DNA of 63,011 nt, counting the filler, from Octopus bimaculoides (lineage: Eukaryota), in assembly GCF_001194135.2 (NCBI RefSeq). It is 7 parts of 7 records of this genome, joined end to end, with 100 filler letters (N's around TTAATTAATTAA, not from the genome) between each part and the next. Parts side by side here need not be neighbours in the genome. Positions count along the whole stretch, not along the records: positions 61,039 to 63,011 come from NC_069005.1; 6 more parts are not named here. One strand, written 5' to 3'. Below are positions 61,040 to 63,011 of the stretch, piece after piece. A program made the translations under genes and the position numbers. Every line of letters begins with the position of its first letter. Position 1 is the stretch's first letter. The notes below the pieces were generated by a model. It was not told the origin of the DNA. It did no database searches and was given only the letters and a program-made list of their open reading frames with translations.

Positions 61040-61640
61040 GCCTCTCTAACGTTTATAACCAAATGATTAATAAGGCAGGAAATCAACGAACAGCTCAGTC
61101 AGTACTAGACATAAAATAATCAAGAAGAATAAAACTCAGTTATGTCCTGAGTCGGAAAGACACATCATTCTACACATGATATAACAATAATATTTAACAA
61201 CTTATTTTAACAAGAAGTCATACACTATGAAATGTTAAACATTAACAATTAATTACAACGAGAAAATACATACGAACATTGTCTTGCTTTGCGTTAACGA
61301 TAAATACTTACACATCCGTACCAAGCACTGCTTCTCATAGCTTCTGATCTCAACTGATTGGAAGTGCTATCGGGTACGTGTTTTGTCTTGGTATAAATAA
61401 TGGGCTACTGCAAATATTCGGCTCAGTACCACAGATTTGCTTGTCAGCTGGTGGTTGATGATATGTGCATCTCTGATCACGAGCAGAAGTTGTGGGGGGA
61501 GCATCATAGCCACGTGTTGAGAGGAATTCTTTGGAGTTTGAATAATTCACCTCTGGAAACATGGGTTTTCGTTCAACATCCTTAAACAACTCTTATTCAG
61601 GGACCTTTTGAGCAGGATAGGCTACTCGACCTGAAGAAAA
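61040..61640 (-). mobile_element. Possible decayed Penelope-like fragment
   Basis: KEFLSTRGY and LFIPRQNTYPIALP loosely resemble the PLE thumb region; many stops. Confidence 0.35.
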
Positions 61641-62694
61641 TTGTACCTGGGGCTTCCACCTGCAAGGTCATGCACTGTTTATCTTGATATGAGATCACCA
61701 TGTCACGCACATAGCGTTGTGATGCATGTGCCTGATGTACCCTTATCAGAGTGTAGTAATGATGGGTATACCGGGCTTCGTCACTTTGATGGCATACACT
61801 CTTCTCTCATATATACATACATACATACATACATACATACATACATAAATACATACATACATGTATATATATACATATACATCCATGTATATTTATATAT
61901 ATGTACATATATGTATATATACACACACACACGCATACATATGTTTATATGTGTGTGTATGTTTGTGAGTGTGTGTGTGTGTATAGATTGATTAAAAAGA
62001 TAGATTAGACACAAACAGATGGATATACGTATGCATATAGAAACCTAGATATATATCAGTTGGTGAGGTTCTCTAGAATTGTGACTATTAGCTGAGTATT
62101 TGGCAACAAAGCTACTCGAGAGGAATACAGATAAATATTCTCCTGTCTTTCATCCATGCAGTTGAGCAATCAGCTTAATTTTAGCATATTAAATGATATT
62201 AGATACGCTGCAACTCCAGCTCCTGAAACAACGGTTGTGGCCCATATCTCGTGGTGACAAAATATAATAAGTGAAAATGAATAGATAGTCGTAATTTCAT
62301 CATGCTACATATATTTCAATATCATGGTAAGTTATTTGCAAATGATTTATTACATAATATGATATGATATTACATAATTTTCATTACTTGATACTACTTT
62401 ATTAACAGCCATCTCTTCAGGCGTCCTGAACAAGCGACAAGTCTGCGAAGGTTTTAATTCCATGAAATATGGGGAGGAGGTTACGTTAATCTCATTAGCA
62501 CTAGAGATGGTGTTAAAATTAGAAATGCAGCCAATCAGTTACTATTTTCACCACTAACACAGTTTAATCTAAATAAGTGGGAGTGGTTAGTGTCTGTAAG
62601 CTTAAATATCATTTCAAAGAAATGATTACTTTTTGCAAATATTTATTCAGAGAAAAGATAACTCGGGAACAACACTGTCCCAGCAGTCTTCTTT

Positions 62695-62935
62695 TATTTT
62701 TTTATTTTTTCATTCGCTTCAATCACTTGACTGCGTCTATGCTGGGGTCGGTGCTCTAAAAAGCTTTCAAGAGTTTCAGTTGTACGATTCGATCTCAGTA
62801 CTTATTGTTCTTAAGCCTTGACTTATTCTATCGGTCTTTTTGGCTGAACCGTTTAGCTGAGGGACATAAACAAACCAACACCAGGTGTCAAGTGGCGGTG
62901 AAGGTCAAACACAGACACATAGATATATATACACA
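62695..62935 (-). mobile_element. SINE family B 3' half
   Basis: TCACTTGACTGCG...TATTCTATCGGTCTTTTTGGCTGAACCG...TGTCAAG. Confidence 0.8.
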
Positions 62936-63011
62936 TACATTCATACACAATCACACAATCATACATAAGCGCGCACACACACACATACACATATATACAT
63001 ACATACATACA

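Overview
Eukaryotic, AT-rich, repeat-saturated DNA with about 7 kb of N. Its SINE families and microsatellite density look like an octopus (coleoid cephalopod) genome; this is recognition, not a database result. There is no intact protein-coding gene, rRNA, tRNA or CRISPR array, and nearly all entries in the ORF track are microsatellite or N artefacts. The window reads as introns of one large minus-strand gene, for which I find 3-4 small phase-compatible candidate exons (52373-52416, 52234-52280, 24421-24518, 11313-11340; protein not recognised). It contains many tRNA-derived SINEs (at least 4 families) and decayed R4/Dong, CR1-like, Penelope, piggyBac and maT transposons. Best leads: (1) a 533-bp element at 1320-1852 (-) made of a U6 snRNA head, the 5' start of an R4/Dong ORF and a Dong 3' end, inserted in (AAT)n, i.e. 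a candidate U6-headed non-autonomous retroelement; (2) a type I hammerhead ribozyme inside a 78-bp fold-back at 39171-39375; (3) an intronic 37-nt complement of a candidate exon and its 3' splice site, G-U biased on the transcript strand, next to a fold-back with competing pairings (52389-53014). Six 100-bp N44-TTAATTAATTAA-N44 spacers are artificial joins, so long-range adjacency is uncertain. Repeat boundaries are approximate (about 10-20 bp).
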